A stretch of 64,000 nt of DNA from Hypanus sabinus (lineage: Eukaryota): assembly GCF_030144855.1 (NCBI RefSeq), contig NC_082721.1, positions 23,684,001 to 23,748,000 of the forward strand. Direction: 5' to 3'. The translations under genes were made by a program, and so were the position numbers. The notes beneath the pieces were generated by a model. The model saw only the letters and a program-made list of their open reading frames with translations. It had not been told where the DNA came from and searched no databases. The stretch's first letter is position 1; each line of letters begins with the position of its first letter. Of the stretch, positions 63,225 through 64,000 are shown piece after piece.

Positions 63225-63862
63225 AGCAAACACGAGGAAATCTGCAGATGCTGGAAATTCAAACAACACACACAAAATGCTGGTGGAACACAGCAGGCCA
63301 GGCAGCATCTATAGGCAGAAGCACTGTCGACGTTTTGGGCCGAGACCCTTTGTCAGGACTAACTGTAAGGAGAGATACTAAGAGATTTGAAAGTAGTGGA
63401 GGGGGAAATGCAAAATGATAGGAGGAGACCGGAGGGGGTGGGATGAAGCTAAGAGCTGGAAAGGTGATTGGCAAAAGTGATACAGAACTGGAGAAGGGAA
63501 AGAATCATGGGACGGGAGGCCTCAGGAGAAAGAAAGGGGGAGGGGGGAGCACCAAAGGGAGATGGAAAACAGGCAGGGTGATAGGCAGAGAGAGAGAAAA
63601 AAAAACAAACAACTAAATATGTCAGTGATGGGGTAAGAAGGGGAGGAGGGGCATTAATGGAAGTTAGAGAAGTCAGTGTTCTTGCCATCAGGTTGGAGGC
63701 TATCCAGCTGGTATATAAGGTGTTGTTCCACCAACCTGAGTGTGGCTTCATCTTGACAATAGAGGAGGCCATGGATAGACATATCAGAATGAGAATGGGA
63801 CGTGGAATTAAAATGTGTGGCCACAGGGAGATCCTGCTTTCTCTGGCGGACCGAGCATAGGT
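63225..63862 (-). mobile_element. Penelope-like element, 5'-truncated (GIY-YIG C-terminus and 3' region)
   Basis: ORF 63654-63866 reads LCSVRQRKQDLPVATHFNSTSHSHSDMSIHGLLYCQDEATLRLVEQHLIYQLDSLQPDGKNTDFSNF. Highly similar to both arms of the 53792-56582 composite. Confidence 0.9.
63326..63359 (-). ncRNA. Minimal hammerhead ribozyme motif, degenerate copy
   Basis: Minus strand GTC CTGACAA A GGGT CTCG GCCC AAAA CGTC GAC, ~300 nt downstream of the GIY-YIG stop. Confidence 0.6.
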
Positions 63863-64000
63863 CCAATATTTTTTACAATTACAGTACAATACAAACTACA
63901 ATAAGAAATCTTTTCAAAAGTAATAAAATAAGTAGTACAAAGACAGCAAAAATAGGTTGGTTCATTGTCTGTTCAAAATCTGATGTTGGAGGAGAACAAG

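Larger units (their letters stand above)
63122..64000 (-). mobile_element. Rex1/Babar-like 3' UTR split by a Penelope insertion
   Basis: Tail agaatcagattcagagtcagatttaatatcactg..tgaaatttgttgttttg (63122-63205) matches the 19810-20017 tail in reverse. A-rich UTR-like sequence resumes after ~63870. Confidence 0.55.

Noticed and set aside
63449-63889. 146-aa ORF and similar ORFs at 53749-54377 and 56156-56648
   Set aside because: Alternative frames of the Penelope 3' region. They recur only because the repeat recurs.
1-64000. CRISPR arrays, rRNA genes, prokaryotic operons or viral genes
   Set aside because: No regularly spaced repeat-spacer array, no rRNA-like sequence and no long ORFs. The content is vertebrate repeat-rich DNA.

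Overview
AT-rich, CpG-depleted vertebrate genomic DNA. It is probably from a cartilaginous fish (ray/shark); this is inferred from V-SINE/HE1-like, DeuSINE-like, CR1, Rex1/Babar and Penelope repeats. I found no supportable protein-coding exon of a host gene, and the window reads as a long intron or intergenic stretch, weakly suggested to be transcribed on +. It is densely layered with transposable elements: degenerate CR1, Rex1/Babar and Tx1 LINE pieces, a Gypsy remnant, three Tc1 elements, two Tigger-like elements, a young POGK/Passer-type pogo transposon, a hAT MITE and tRNA/V-SINEs. Several have TSDs and TIRs that can be read directly. The most interesting signal is a Penelope-like element (PLE) family whose 3' region carries a 34-nt minimal hammerhead-ribozyme motif (GTC-CTGACGA-A-GGGT-CTCG-GCCC-GAAA-CGTC-GAC). 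It occurs in GIY-YIG-bearing copies, in a tail-out inverted composite flanked by a 13-bp TSD and split by the pogo element, and in several ~80-130-bp mini-copies whose 5' ends all fall at the ribozyme core. All family names come from motif recognition by eye, not from database searches.
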